Positions 45,402 through 54,970 of a DNA stretch of 64,000 bases are shown one piece after another (position 1 is the first letter of the stretch; the number at the start of each line of letters is the position of its first letter). A model generated the notes under the pieces. It searched no databases, had not been told where the DNA came from, and worked only from the letters and a program-made list of their open reading frames with translations. Location: NCBI GenBank assembly GCA_963725155.1, contig CAVRXU010000007.1:320131-384130 (forward strand), given 5' to 3'. This stretch comes from an uncultured Microthrixaceae bacterium. GTDB lineage: Bacteria > Actinomycetota > Acidimicrobiia > Acidimicrobiales > DATDAH01. A program made the position numbers and the translations under genes.

Positions 45402-48032
45402 TCAATCCTCCGTACCGGGCGCTTGGCGTCCGTCCTGCATCCCTCGGCGATAGCGGGAGAGCATCGCTCGGACCTCTTCGGGTGAGCGGCGCGTCGACGC
45501 CGTGTGGGCGCCGTTCGCGGTCGACGCCGTCGGCGGTTTGGCGTCATCGGTGAGCGTGGCCCGCGGTTGGCGCCGGGCCAGGGGGGCCGCCGCCGCAGGG
45601 GCCGGTGGCGCCGGGGTCGGCGTCGGGGCGGGCGAGGCGGTGGCCGGAGCCTCCATGGAGGCCAGTTCACCGTCGAGCCAGTCGGGGGCCGGTGCCCAAC
45701 CCGGGTCGGCCTCCGGGCCGACAGGCGGAGCGGACGCCGACTCCGCCGTCGGGGCGGCGACAGGGCCATCCGGGGCCGGCGGTGGCGCCGGGAAGCCGTC
45801 GGTGGTGTCAGCTGTCCCCGCCAGGTCGGCGAAGATGTCGTCGGTCGGGGCATCGGCCTGCTGGCCCCAGAACGCCTCGTGGAGGTCGGCGTCGGTGGCC
45901 GTTGGCGTGGCTGGGCCGGAATCGACCAGCGAGGCCAAGCCGCGCTCGAAGTCCTCACCGGCGGGCAGCGCGTCGGAGAGGGAGGCCGGGGCGTCCGGAA
46001 CGGCGCCCGCGGGCGCCGCCAGGGCGTACGGGGTGCTCTCCACGACCAGGGGACGGGGCTCGTCGGCCGGTGGGGCGGCCGGGAGCCCGGCCGTGCCGTT
46101 GAGGGCCGGATCGGTCGCCGGGGCGATCCTGCTGTCGACATCGGCCTGACCGGCGAGGACCGATGCGGGCAGCTGCAGGAGGGCGGTGATGCCCCCGGCG
46201 GGAGAAGCGGCGAGGCGGACGCTGACCTGGAGGCGACGGGCCAGGCGACCGACCACGATGAAGCCGAGGGAACGGGAGAGGGCCAGCCCGACGGGGGGCG
46301 GCGACTCGAGCAAGGCGTTGGCTTCGGCCAGCTGGTCGGGGCTCATCCCGATCCCGCGGTCGGCCACGGTCACCGCGTAGCCACCGTCCGGCGTCCGGGC
46401 CCCGAGCACCTCGACGACGCTGTCGGGTGGGGAGAACTGCGTGGCGTTCTCCATGAGCTCGGAGAGGAGGTGGGCGAGGTCCACGGCGGCATTGCCGCCG
46501 ACCGTCGTCTCGTCGAGGGACAGCAGGTGGATCCGGGTGAAGTCCTCGACCTCGCCGATGGCCACGCGGACGACATCGGCCAGCTCGACCGGCCTCGCCC
46601 GCCGCCGGGGCGGCTCGGCCCCGGCCAGGACCAGCAGGCTCTCGGCGTTGCGCCGCATCCGGGTGGCCAGGTGATCCAGCTTGAACAGGTTCTCGAGTTG
46701 GTCGGGATCCTGCTCCTGGGCCTCCAGGCTGTCGATGAACTCGATCTGTCGGTCGAGCAGCGACTGGTTCCGGCGGGCCAGGTTGACGAAGATGTCGGCG
46801 ATTCCGCGGCGCAGCAGCGCGGCCTGCTCTTCGGCGACCTCGCTGGTGACCTGCTGGATGACGTTGAACGCCTCGGCCAGCTGGCCGATCTCGTCGCTGG
46901 AGTCCACCTCGAGGGGGACGAGGGGCTCGGCTTGGACGCTCTGCTCGCCCGGGGAGCGCAGGTCCTCGACCAGGCGGGGCAGTTCGACGGTGGCCAGCTG
47001 GTTGGCCGCCACCGTCAGGCGCTGCAGGCGACGGTTGATGCGACGGGCCAGGAGGCTGGCCAGCAGGATGGAGAGGATGACGGCCGCGGCCGTGCCGATC
47101 AGGTACAGGCGGGCGGACTTGCCGGCCTCGAAGGCGGCGGCGTCGGCGGTGGCGATGGTGGCCTCGAGCGAGCTGCGCTCGGCCGAGCGCACCGTGGTCA
47201 ACCAGCCGGCGGCCGACGACTGCCAGTCGTCCGGGGCCACGCCCGGTACACCGGAACCGCCGATCACCCCGTCTTCCATGACCTGGGCCATGAGGGCATC
47301 GGCGTCGCGCACGGACTCGTCGGCCATGGCGTTGCGCACGCCCGTGGTCATCGAGGCGTCCTGGGACTCCTTCAAGCGAGCGAGCTGGAGCTCCTCCTCG
47401 CTCTCCAGTGCGGCCAGGCTCTCGTAGTCGCCGGGTCGGAACCGACCGACGGTCGCGATGCCGGCGATCTCGGCCGAGCGCATCGCCCTGGCCTCCTTGG
47501 CCTTCGACAGGGTGAGGCTGTCGGTCAGGGTCGAGCTCAGCTCGGGGAGGCCACTGCGGGAGGCGAGGGCGGCTTCCAGTTCGAGGAGCGAGTCGATGGC
47601 GCTCGTGTAGGTGTCGAGAACGACCTCGGGGGCCGCGCTGCCGTCGTCGATCGAGGCGCGCAGGCCCTCGACGGTCTCCATCTGGCCCCCGGCGGCGTCG
47701 AGGCGCCGGGCGACGTTCTCCTCGCCGACCGCGGCCCGGGGGGCGGCGAACGCCTCGACGGCGGTGTTGGTGGTCTGGCGCTGCTCGGCCAGCTGGTCGG
47801 CGACCTCGTCGTCGCCGTGGACCAGGCGCATCGACAGGAGGCGCTCCATCTGGAGCTCATGGGCGAGGCCGGTGCTGGCCGCGGCCAGGCGGGCGCCGTC
47901 CTCTGTCTGCTGGGCCCGGTTGGCGTCGTCCAGGCGCTGGCTGGCGCCGAGGCTGGCCACGGCCACCAGGACCACAGCGGGCACGGCGATGAGGGCCAGC
48001 AACTTGGACCCGACGTTGGCGTTTCTCTGCAT
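45402..48032 (-). CDS. cvnA: Conservon sensor-kinase-like protein CvnA (N-terminal extracytoplasmic sensor, TM, HAMP, HATPase_c, Pro/Ala-rich tail)
   Basis: N-terminal TM helix, a ~290-aa helical sensor region, a second TM helix plus HAMP, the ATPase region LSELMENATQFSPP...DRGIGM, a ~250-aa P/A-rich linker, and the conserved end RSPEEVRAMLSRYRRG. Confidence 0.8.
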   Translation of the reverse strand: MQRNANVGSKLLALIAVPAVVLVAVASLGASQRLDDANRAQQTEDGARLAAASTGLAHELQMERLLSMRLVHGDDEVADQLAEQRQTTNTAVEAFAAPRAAVGEENVARRLDAAGGQMETVEGLRASIDDGSAAPEVVLDTYTSAIDSLLELEAALASRSGLPELSSTLTDSLTLSKAKEARAMRSAEIAGIATVGRFRPGDYESLAALESEEELQLARLKESQDASMTTGVRNAMADESVRDADALMAQVMEDGVIGGSGVPGVAPDDWQSSAAGWLTTVRSAERSSLEATIATADAAAFEAGKSARLYLIGTAAAVILSILLASLLARRINRRLQRLTVAANQLATVELPRLVEDLRSPGEQSVQAEPLVPLEVDSSDEIGQLAEAFNVIQQVTSEVAEEQAALLRRGIADIFVNLARRNQSLLDRQIEFIDSLEAQEQDPDQLENLFKLDHLATRMRRNAESLLVLAGAEPPRRRARPVELADVVRVAIGEVEDFTRIHLLSLDETTVGGNAAVDLAHLLSELMENATQFSPPDSVVEVLGARTPDGGYAVTVADRGIGMSPDQLAEANALLESPPPVGLALSRSLGFIVVGRLARRLQVSVRLAASPAGGITALLQLPASVLAGQADVDSRIAPATDPALNGTAGLPAAPPADEPRPLVVESTPYALAAPAGAVPDAPASLSDALPAGEDFERGLASLVDSGPATPTATDADLHEAFWGQQADAPTDDIFADLAGTADTTDGFPAPPPAPDGPVAAPTAESASAPPVGPEADPGWAPAPDWLDGELASMEAPATASPAPTPTPAPPAPAAAAPLARRQPRATLTDDAKPPTASTANGAHTASTRRSPEEVRAMLSRYRRGMQDGRQAPGTED

Positions 48033-48156
48033 GGTGTCGCCCTTGCTCGATCAGCGGCGCCCGAGACGCAACCGGGCGCTCTCCCCATCGGCCCCCCAGT
48101 GCGCTTCTTGAGCGGCGGGAGGAGCGTCGCCGACGGCACCGGAGGGTCGCAGTAAC

Positions 48157-48885
48157 TTGAACCCGATGACCGAGGCGACGGTGCCGACAGAGGGATCGTT
48201 GGACTCGCTGAGCGTCGACGCCGTCCTCCAGTCTCTGGCCGACGAGCGCCGTACCGGGCTGTTGCGCCTCCACGGCGCCGAGCCCCACGTCGTGGCCCTG
48301 GCCGACGGCCGGATCTACCTCGCGACCAGCGCCTCGGGCGCGTCGATCCACCAGATCGTGGTCGGATCGGGTGCCGCCCCGGAGACGGCCTGGGCCGACG
48401 CCGGCCTGACCGGGGACGAGATCGCGGCCGCGCTCGACGACGACGAACGGGTGGACAGCGACCGCCTGCGCACGGTCCTGTTGGAGCACGTGGTGGCAAC
48501 CGTGGCCGAGCTGTTGGCCCCGGGCACCGAGCGCTACGAGTTCCTGGCGGACCAGGTCCACCAGCTGGGGCCCCGGTTCTGCTTCTCGGTCGACGAGGTG
48601 CTGGCCGATGCTCGGCAGCGCCTGGCCACCTGGAGCTCCATCAGCACCACCCTCCCGTCCACCGGGACGCGGATCCACCGCTCCCCCACCCTGCCCCGGG
48701 ACGCGGTGTCGGCGTCGCTCTCCGCCGTCGAATGGCAGGTCCTCTCGGCCATGCCCACCGAGGGCACGGTCGCCGAGGTCATCGCCGCGTCGGGGCTCAG
48801 CGCCTTCACGGTGTTCGACGTCCTCCACCGCCTCGTCCGCCGCGGCCTGGTCCAAGCAGTGGTTGAGGACGCCGCCACCCCATGA
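48157..48885 (+). CDS. DUF4388 (PatA-N-terminal/PATAN-like) domain protein
   Basis: LDSLSVDAVLQSLADERRTGLLRLHGAEPHVVALADGRIYLA is the typical DUF4388 opening. A winged-helix-like C-terminus is present. Confidence 0.6.
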   Translation: MNPMTEATVPTEGSLDSLSVDAVLQSLADERRTGLLRLHGAEPHVVALADGRIYLATSASGASIHQIVVGSGAAPETAWADAGLTGDEIAAALDDDERVDSDRLRTVLLEHVVATVAELLAPGTERYEFLADQVHQLGPRFCFSVDEVLADARQRLATWSSISTTLPSTGTRIHRSPTLPRDAVSASLSAVEWQVLSAMPTEGTVAEVIAASGLSAFTVFDVLHRLVRRGLVQAVVEDAATP

Positions 48886-50042
48886 GGGGGGCGCGCCTCG
48901 CGGCAGTGGTGCTCCTCCTGACCCTGGGCGCCTGTGACCGGGACGCCGTGCGGGTCGACGGCCAGGCCGTGGCCGCCGCCGTCCCTCGGCGGGCTGAGGC
49001 CCCGGGCGGACCGGGCCTGCCCCGGGCGGGAGCCGCGCCCGCAAGTGGTCGGGGCCTCGGCTCGGGCAAACCCATCACGTTCGCCTTCGGTGGCGACGTC
49101 AACTTCGAGGGCACCCCGCGCACGCTCCTCGCCGAGGACCCCGCCGCCCTGTTCGCGGGGGTGACCGACGCCCTGCGGGCCGATGTCACCATGGTCAACC
49201 TCGAGACGGCGATCACCGAGCGGGGCAGGGCGGAGCCCAAGGAGTTCAACTTCCGGGCACCGGCTTCAGCGTTCGCCGCCCTGCGCACGGCGGGCGTGGA
49301 CGTCGTCACCCTGGCCAACAACCACGGGCTGGACTTCGGTCAGGAGGGGTTGCTCGACACTCTCGACGCCGCCGACGACCTCGCCACCGGCCTGCCCCTC
49401 GTCGGCGCCGGCCACGACACCGCTGAGGCCTATTCGGCCTTCCGGGTGACCCTGCGGGGCCAGCGCATCTCGATCCTCGGGGCATCCCGGGTGACCGACG
49501 GGGACCTGGTCGACGGCTGGACGGTGACCGACGACCGGCCGGGCATCGCCGTGGCCGAGGACCCCACCCGCCTGCTCGAGGCCGTGCGGGCCGAGCGGGC
49601 CCACGCCGACACCCTGGTCGTCTACCTCCACTGGGGACGGGAGCGGGTGAACTGCCCCATCGACGACCAGCCCGAGATGGCCGACGCCCTGATCGCCGCC
49701 GGCGCCGACGTCGTGGTCGGCAGCCACGCCCATGTCCCCCTCGGGGGTGGCCTGCGGAACGGTGCCTACGTCCACTACGGCCTCGGCAACTTCCTGTTCG
49801 GCAGCGCCGGCGGGCCGTCGGCCGAATCCGGCGTGCTCCGGCTGACGTTGACGGGCCGCCGGGTGGACGCCGCCGAGTGGGTCCCGGTACACCTGAGGGG
49901 CGGCGTGCCCGAGACCCTGACCGGTTCCGCGGGCGAGCGGGCCCACGCCGCGTGGGAGGACCTGCGCCCGTGCGCCCAACTCGAGGCGGGCACCGAACGG
50001 ACCGGCACCGACCGTGGCGCCGGAGAGGAGACGGATGGCTGA
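48882..50042 (+). CDS. CapA-family metallophosphatase lipoprotein (poly-gamma-glutamate/capsule-associated family)
   Basis: ATG 48882 overlaps the upstream stop (ATGA). Lipobox LTLGAC. Motifs FAFGGDV, NLETAIT, FNFRAP, LANNHGLDFG and GSHAH. Confidence 0.8.
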   Translation: MRGARLAAVVLLLTLGACDRDAVRVDGQAVAAAVPRRAEAPGGPGLPRAGAAPASGRGLGSGKPITFAFGGDVNFEGTPRTLLAEDPAALFAGVTDALRADVTMVNLETAITERGRAEPKEFNFRAPASAFAALRTAGVDVVTLANNHGLDFGQEGLLDTLDAADDLATGLPLVGAGHDTAEAYSAFRVTLRGQRISILGASRVTDGDLVDGWTVTDDRPGIAVAEDPTRLLEAVRAERAHADTLVVYLHWGRERVNCPIDDQPEMADALIAAGADVVVGSHAHVPLGGGLRNGAYVHYGLGNFLFGSAGGPSAESGVLRLTLTGRRVDAAEWVPVHLRGGVPETLTGSAGERAHAAWEDLRPCAQLEAGTERTGTDRGAGEETDG

Positions 50043-51330
50043 GGACCAGGGCCCGAGGGCCACTGCCCGGCGCCTGTTGGGCCACCTCGACGGGTCGCCG
50101 ACGCCCTACCACGCCGTGGATCGGGCCGCCGGGCTGCTCGCCGCGGCCGGATTCGTCGAGCGGGACGAACGGGCGGCGTGGGCAGCCGGCGACCCGACCC
50201 GTTGGTTCGTGCGGCGGGGAGGAGCCCTCGTGGCCGCTGTGTGGCCCTCAGCCCTGCCCTCCGAAGCTCCCCTGCGCATCGTCGGGGCCCACACCGACAG
50301 CCCGAACCTCCGCCTCAAGCCCAAGCCCCTGTCGTCGTCCGCGGGCTGGCAGCGCCTGGCCGTCGAGGTCTACGGCAGTCCCCTGCTCAACAGCTGGCTC
50401 GACCGGGACCTTGGCCTGGCCGGCCGGGTGTCGGTCCAGCGGGGCGACGGGACCGCGGTGGTGCTCGTACACCTGGACGGCGCGATCGCCCGCATCCCTC
50501 AGCTGGCGATCCACCTCGATCGGGAGGTCAACCAGACCGGTCTGGTCCTCAACCCTCAGCACCATTTGCTGCCGCTCTGGGCCCCGGATGGTGAGGCCGG
50601 CGTGCTCGACGCCGTCGCCGTGGCCGCGAGCTGCGCGGTGGACGACCTGATCGCCTGGGACCTCATGCTCCACGATGTCCAGCCCGCGGCCCTCACCGGG
50701 CCGGGCGATGAGCTGCTGGTCAGCGGTCGCCTGGACAACCTGGTCAGCTGCTTCGCCGCCGTCGAGGCGCTGACCGAGACGCCTGAGGACCCGGACGCCG
50801 TCGGCGTGGTCTGCCTGTTCGACCACGAAGAGGTGGGCTCGGTCTCCCGGACCGGAGCCGGCGGCGAGCTCCTTCCCGGCCTGATCGAGCGGGCCCACCG
50901 GGCCCGGGGTGGGGAGCGGGACGAACTGGCCCGGGCCCTGTCCGGATCGGCGTGTGTCTCCGCCGACATGGCCCACGCCACGCATCCCAACTACCCCGAC
51001 CGGCATGACCCCGGTCACGCCGTGGACCTCAACGGCGGGCCAGTGGTGAAGGTCAACGCCTCGCAGCGCTACGCCAGTGATGCCGACAGCGTCGTGCCGT
51101 TCCTGGAGGCCGCCGACCGGGCCGAGGTGCCGGTGCAGCGGTTCGTGAGCCGCAGTGACCTGCCCTGTGGATCGACGATCGGCCCGGTGACCGCCGCTCG
51201 CCTTGGCGTGGCCACCGTCGATGTGGGTGTCCCCCAGTGGGCCATGCACTCCGCCCGCGAGACCGCGGGGGCACTGGATCCCGACCTGCTCCGGCGGGCC
51301 CTCGGGTCGTTCCTCGCCCCTCCGCCCTGA
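50035..51330 (+). CDS. M18-family aminopeptidase (aspartyl aminopeptidase-like)
   Basis: SPTPYHAV, GAHTDSPNLRLKP, DNLVSCF, FDHEEVGS and HSARE motifs. ATG 50035 is preferred; it overlaps the CapA 3' end by 8 nt. Confidence 0.85.
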   Translation: MAEDQGPRATARRLLGHLDGSPTPYHAVDRAAGLLAAAGFVERDERAAWAAGDPTRWFVRRGGALVAAVWPSALPSEAPLRIVGAHTDSPNLRLKPKPLSSSAGWQRLAVEVYGSPLLNSWLDRDLGLAGRVSVQRGDGTAVVLVHLDGAIARIPQLAIHLDREVNQTGLVLNPQHHLLPLWAPDGEAGVLDAVAVAASCAVDDLIAWDLMLHDVQPAALTGPGDELLVSGRLDNLVSCFAAVEALTETPEDPDAVGVVCLFDHEEVGSVSRTGAGGELLPGLIERAHRARGGERDELARALSGSACVSADMAHATHPNYPDRHDPGHAVDLNGGPVVKVNASQRYASDADSVVPFLEAADRAEVPVQRFVSRSDLPCGSTIGPVTAARLGVATVDVGVPQWAMHSARETAGALDPDLLRRALGSFLAPPP

Positions 51331-51391
51331 CGGCGAGGCCGACCGGCCCATCGCCGCCAGGAGGGCGCGCTGAGCGTGGGAAGCTGACCCC

Positions 51392-53266
51392 ATGAGCCAT
51401 CCCCTCGATCCGCTGACTGCGGAGGAGATCGCCCGGGTGGGCGCGGCCGTGCGGGACCACGTCCCCGACACGGACCTGCTGTTCTCGTCCATCACCCTCG
51501 CCGAGCCCGCCAAGGAGTCGGCCCCGGCTGATCGGCCGGGACCTCCCCCATCGAGAGCAGCCCGGGTGGTGGTGGTCGACGGTCCCCACGGGGTGATCGA
51601 GGCCGTGGTGACCACCGACGGGCAGGTGTGCGAGTGGACTCCGGTCGCCGACGTGCGACCGCCCCTCCTGTTCAGCGAGGCCTTCAACGCCATGGAGGCC
51701 GTGCGGGCCGACGCGCGCTGGCAGGCGGCGGTGGCTCGGCGGGGCATCACCGATGTCACCGCGGTCCAGATCGACCCGTGGCCGGCGGGCGCCTACGAGG
51801 ACTTCGCTGAGCGCAACACCCGGATCACCCGCTGTCTGGCGTACCACCGGCAGGATCCCGCGGACAACGGCTACGCCCGCCCCATCGAGGGGGTCGTGGC
51901 CGTGGTCGACATGGTCACCGCCGAAGTGCTGGCCGTCGAAGACCACGGTGTCGTCGCCCTGCCCGCCGACCCGGGCCGCTACGACGCCGACCACGTTGGT
52001 CCCCTCCGGGACGGCCTCAAGCCACTGGAGATCAGCCAGCCGCAGGGGGTCAGCTTCACCGTCGACGGCAACCACTTGTCCTGGCAGCGCTGGGACCTCC
52101 GGGTGGGGATGGACCCGGTCGAGGGCCTCGTGCTCTACGACGTCGGCTACCAGGACGGCGACCGACGGCGGCCGGTGCTGGCCCGGGCCGCTCTCTCCGA
52201 GATGGTCGTGCCGTACGGATCGCCAGAGCCGGCGCACCGCTGGAAGAACGCCTTCGACGCCGGCGAGTGGGGCCTCGGGCGCTTCGTGAACTCCCTGACG
52301 GAGGGCTGTGACTGCCTCGGCGAGATCACCTATCTGGACGCGGTGATGGCCGACGAGCAGGGCAACCCCTGGATCGTGGAGCAGGCCATCTGCCTCCACG
52401 AGGAGGATGACGGGATCGCCTGGAAGCACCAGGACCTGAACACCGGCAACGTCGAGGTCCGTCGCTCCCGGCGCTTCGTCATCTCCGCCATCTTCACCGT
52501 CGGCAACTACGAGTACGCGTTCTACTGGAGGTTCTACCTCGACGGTTCGATCGAGCTGGAGGTCCGCCTCACCGGCATCATCCAGCCCTGCGCCTTCGAA
52601 GGCGAGCCGCCGGCCGGCATGGTCGCCGTGGCCCCGGGTCTCGCCGCCGCCCACCACCAGCACCTGTTCTGTGTCCGCCTCGACCTCGACGTCGACGGCG
52701 GGGCGAACTCGGTCTACGAAGTGGACGTCGTGCCCACGGGCGGTGGTGACGACGACCCGTGGGCCAACGGCATCGAGGTCCGGTCCACGCTGCTGGCCTC
52801 CGAGGCTCGAGCCCAACGGGACGTGGACCCGTCGCGCAGCCGGGTCTGGAAGGTCGTCAACCCCGGCTCGCTCAACGGCCTCGGCCAGCCCGTCGGCTAC
52901 AAGCTGCTCCCGGCGGCGACCCCGACCCTGCTCGCCGGCCCAGGGTCGGTCGTGCGCAACCGGGCCCGGTTCGCCACCCACAACCTCTGGGTCACGCCCT
53001 ACGACCCGGCGGAGACCCGGGCCGCGGGGCCGTATCCCAACCAACACATCGGTGGTGACGGCCTACCGGCGTGGACCGCCGCCGACCGCCCGCTGGTGGA
53101 CACCGACGTCGTCCTGTGGCACAGCTTCGGCCTGACCCACGTCGTCCGCCCCGAGGACTGGCCGGTCATGCCCGTGGAACGGACCGGGTTCTGGCTCGTG
53201 CCCGTGGGCTTCTTCGACCGGAACCCGGCGCTGGACATCCCCCCGCCCGCCCACTGCGAGCCCTGA
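51392..53266 (+). CDS. Copper-containing primary-amine oxidase (TPQ cofactor)
   Basis: TPQ consensus TVGNYEYAFYW, Cu ligands HHQHLF, and C-terminal WHSFGLTH. Confidence 0.9.
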   Translation: MSHPLDPLTAEEIARVGAAVRDHVPDTDLLFSSITLAEPAKESAPADRPGPPPSRAARVVVVDGPHGVIEAVVTTDGQVCEWTPVADVRPPLLFSEAFNAMEAVRADARWQAAVARRGITDVTAVQIDPWPAGAYEDFAERNTRITRCLAYHRQDPADNGYARPIEGVVAVVDMVTAEVLAVEDHGVVALPADPGRYDADHVGPLRDGLKPLEISQPQGVSFTVDGNHLSWQRWDLRVGMDPVEGLVLYDVGYQDGDRRRPVLARAALSEMVVPYGSPEPAHRWKNAFDAGEWGLGRFVNSLTEGCDCLGEITYLDAVMADEQGNPWIVEQAICLHEEDDGIAWKHQDLNTGNVEVRRSRRFVISAIFTVGNYEYAFYWRFYLDGSIELEVRLTGIIQPCAFEGEPPAGMVAVAPGLAAAHHQHLFCVRLDLDVDGGANSVYEVDVVPTGGGDDDPWANGIEVRSTLLASEARAQRDVDPSRSRVWKVVNPGSLNGLGQPVGYKLLPAATPTLLAGPGSVVRNRARFATHNLWVTPYDPAETRAAGPYPNQHIGGDGLPAWTAADRPLVDTDVVLWHSFGLTHVVRPEDWPVMPVERTGFWLVPVGFFDRNPALDIPPPAHCEP

Positions 53267-53326
53267 TCGTTCTGGTTGCACCCAGCCGCGGCGGACCGCG
53301 GGGAGATGCAACCAGAACGGTGATCA
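53264..53326. terminator. Nested hairpin spanning the convergent stop codons; likely bidirectional terminator
   Basis: cgttctggttgca (53268-53280) pairs with tgcaaccagaacg (53307-53319). The outer tgatc/gatca arms contain both stop codons. The loop contains ccgcgg-cgga-ccgcgg. There is no U-tract. Confidence 0.55.
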
Positions 53327-53677
53327 GCTGAGCTCGTCGACGCCGATCGGGCGCATGGCCAGGTCGATGGCGGTCCAGAGGGTGCGGGAGATGGGTTGGA
53401 AGATCAGCGGCGTCAGCGCGGCCACACCCACGCAGACCCACAGGAGCGCGGCGGGCGGCGAGTCCGGGTAGCTGGCGGTGAAGCCGCCGACGATCACGCC
53501 GAGCAGCACCAGCAGGGCCAGGATCGTGTTCATGGCGATGGCGCCGATCCAGTGGCCCTCGATGCGTTCGAAGTGCAGGTCGCAGCGGGGGCAGTCGTCC
53601 TTCATGATCAGCCACCAGGTGAACACGTGGCCCGACCCGCAGAGCGGGCAGCGGCGCCCGAAGGCCCGCCCGATCAT
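53324..53677 (-). CDS. DUF983-family membrane protein (Cys4 zinc-ribbon plus 2 TM helices)
   Basis: CPLCG...CPRCD followed by HWIGAIAMN and two TM helices. The start is uncertain: ATG 53677 or an upstream GTG. Confidence 0.6.
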   Translation of the reverse strand: MIGRAFGRRCPLCGSGHVFTWWLIMKDDCPRCDLHFERIEGHWIGAIAMNTILALLVLLGVIVGGFTASYPDSPPAALLWVCVGVAALTPLIFQPISRTLWTAIDLAMRPIGVDELS

Positions 53678-53767
53678 GCGCCCGGTCGTCGGAGGGTCCA
53701 GCGCGTACGGCGGGTGCACCACGACGCGGAACCTACCTGTCCGCCGTCGGCCACTACCTTGCCCGGC

Positions 53768-54970
53768 ATGTGCGACACCGTGGTCGTGGTCGGCGACGAC
53801 GGCGTGCTGTTCGCCAAGAACAGCGACCGCGACGCCAACGAGGGCCAGGGCCTGGAATGGCACCCGGCCGCCGACCACGAGGCCGGGAGCTCCCTGGCCT
53901 GCACCGGGATCGAGGTGCCGCAGGTGGCCCGCACCCACGCCGTCCTGCTCAGTCGCCCGTTCTGGATGTGGGGGGCGGAGATGGGGGCCAACGAGCACGG
54001 CGTCGTCATCGGCAACGAGGCGGTCTTCACCAACCAGCCCGAGTCCGACACCGGTCTCCTCGGCATGGACCTGCTCCGGCTGGCCCTCGAACGGGCCTCC
54101 AGCGCCCCCGAGGCGGTGTCGGTGATGATCGACCTGCTCGAGCGACACGGCCAAGGCGGCGGCTGCGGGCACGAGGACAGGACCTTCACCTACCACAACA
54201 GCTTCCTGGTGGCCGATCGCAGTCGAGCGGTGGTCCTCGAGACGGCGGGCGCCCAGTGGGCCACCGAAGAGGTGGCGCACGGTGCCCGCAGCATCTCCAA
54301 CGGGCTCACCATCGCCGGGTTCGCCGACGACTACAGCGACACGCTCCGCACCCGGGTGTCGAGCTGCCGCCACCGCCGGGCCATCACCCAGGAGCGGGCC
54401 GAGCACGTCGTGGCCCCCGAGTCCCTGATGACCCTGCTGCGGGACCACGGGCCCGGTCGATCCGGGCCGCGGTACTCCTGGCTGAACGGGGGCATGGCCG
54501 CCCCCTGCATGCACGGGGGAGGCATGGTGGCCAACTCCCAGTCGACGGCCAGTTGGGTGGCCGATCTCCGCGACGGCGACCGGCACTGGGTCACCGGCAC
54601 GGCCGCCCCCTGCACCGGGCTGTTCAAGCCGGTGACGGTGGCCGACCCCGTCGACATGGGCCCATTCCCGGCCGACGTCGACGACGCCAGCCGCTGGTGG
54701 CGGCACGAGCACCTCCACCGTCGGGCCGTAGCCAACCCGGACGAGCTCTACCCCCGCTTCACCGCCGAGCGGGACCGCACCGAGCTGTCCTGGCTGGCTG
54801 ACCCCCCGGCCGGGGCCGAGGCGTTCGCCACCGCTGATGACCTCCTCGACCGCTGGACCCGGGCGGTCACCTTCGACCCCGTTCCCGATGTCCGTCCCGT
54901 GTGGGCCCGCCGCTACTGGGCCAAGCGCAACCAGCGGGCCGGCCTCGGCAACCTGGCCGAGGCCGCGTGA
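53768..54970 (+). CDS. Ntn-hydrolase, peptidase C69 / secernin-like
   Basis: Begins MCDTVVV..GVLFAKNSDRDANEGQ, with the Cys2 nucleophile pattern of C69/secernin. Confidence 0.65.
   Translation: MCDTVVVVGDDGVLFAKNSDRDANEGQGLEWHPAADHEAGSSLACTGIEVPQVARTHAVLLSRPFWMWGAEMGANEHGVVIGNEAVFTNQPESDTGLLGMDLLRLALERASSAPEAVSVMIDLLERHGQGGGCGHEDRTFTYHNSFLVADRSRAVVLETAGAQWATEEVAHGARSISNGLTIAGFADDYSDTLRTRVSSCRHRRAITQERAEHVVAPESLMTLLRDHGPGRSGPRYSWLNGGMAAPCMHGGGMVANSQSTASWVADLRDGDRHWVTGTAAPCTGLFKPVTVADPVDMGPFPADVDDASRWWRHEHLHRRAVANPDELYPRFTAERDRTELSWLADPPAGAEAFATADDLLDRWTRAVTFDPVPDVRPVWARRYWAKRNQRAGLGNLAEAA

Noticed and set aside
45402-46230. The Pro/Ala-rich ~250-aa C-terminal region of CvnA as a novel domain or a mis-translated frame.
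   Set aside because: It is in frame with the ATPase domain and ends in the conserved RSPEEVRAMLSRYRRG-type motif that I associate with CvnA proteins. Disordered P/A linkers are common there.
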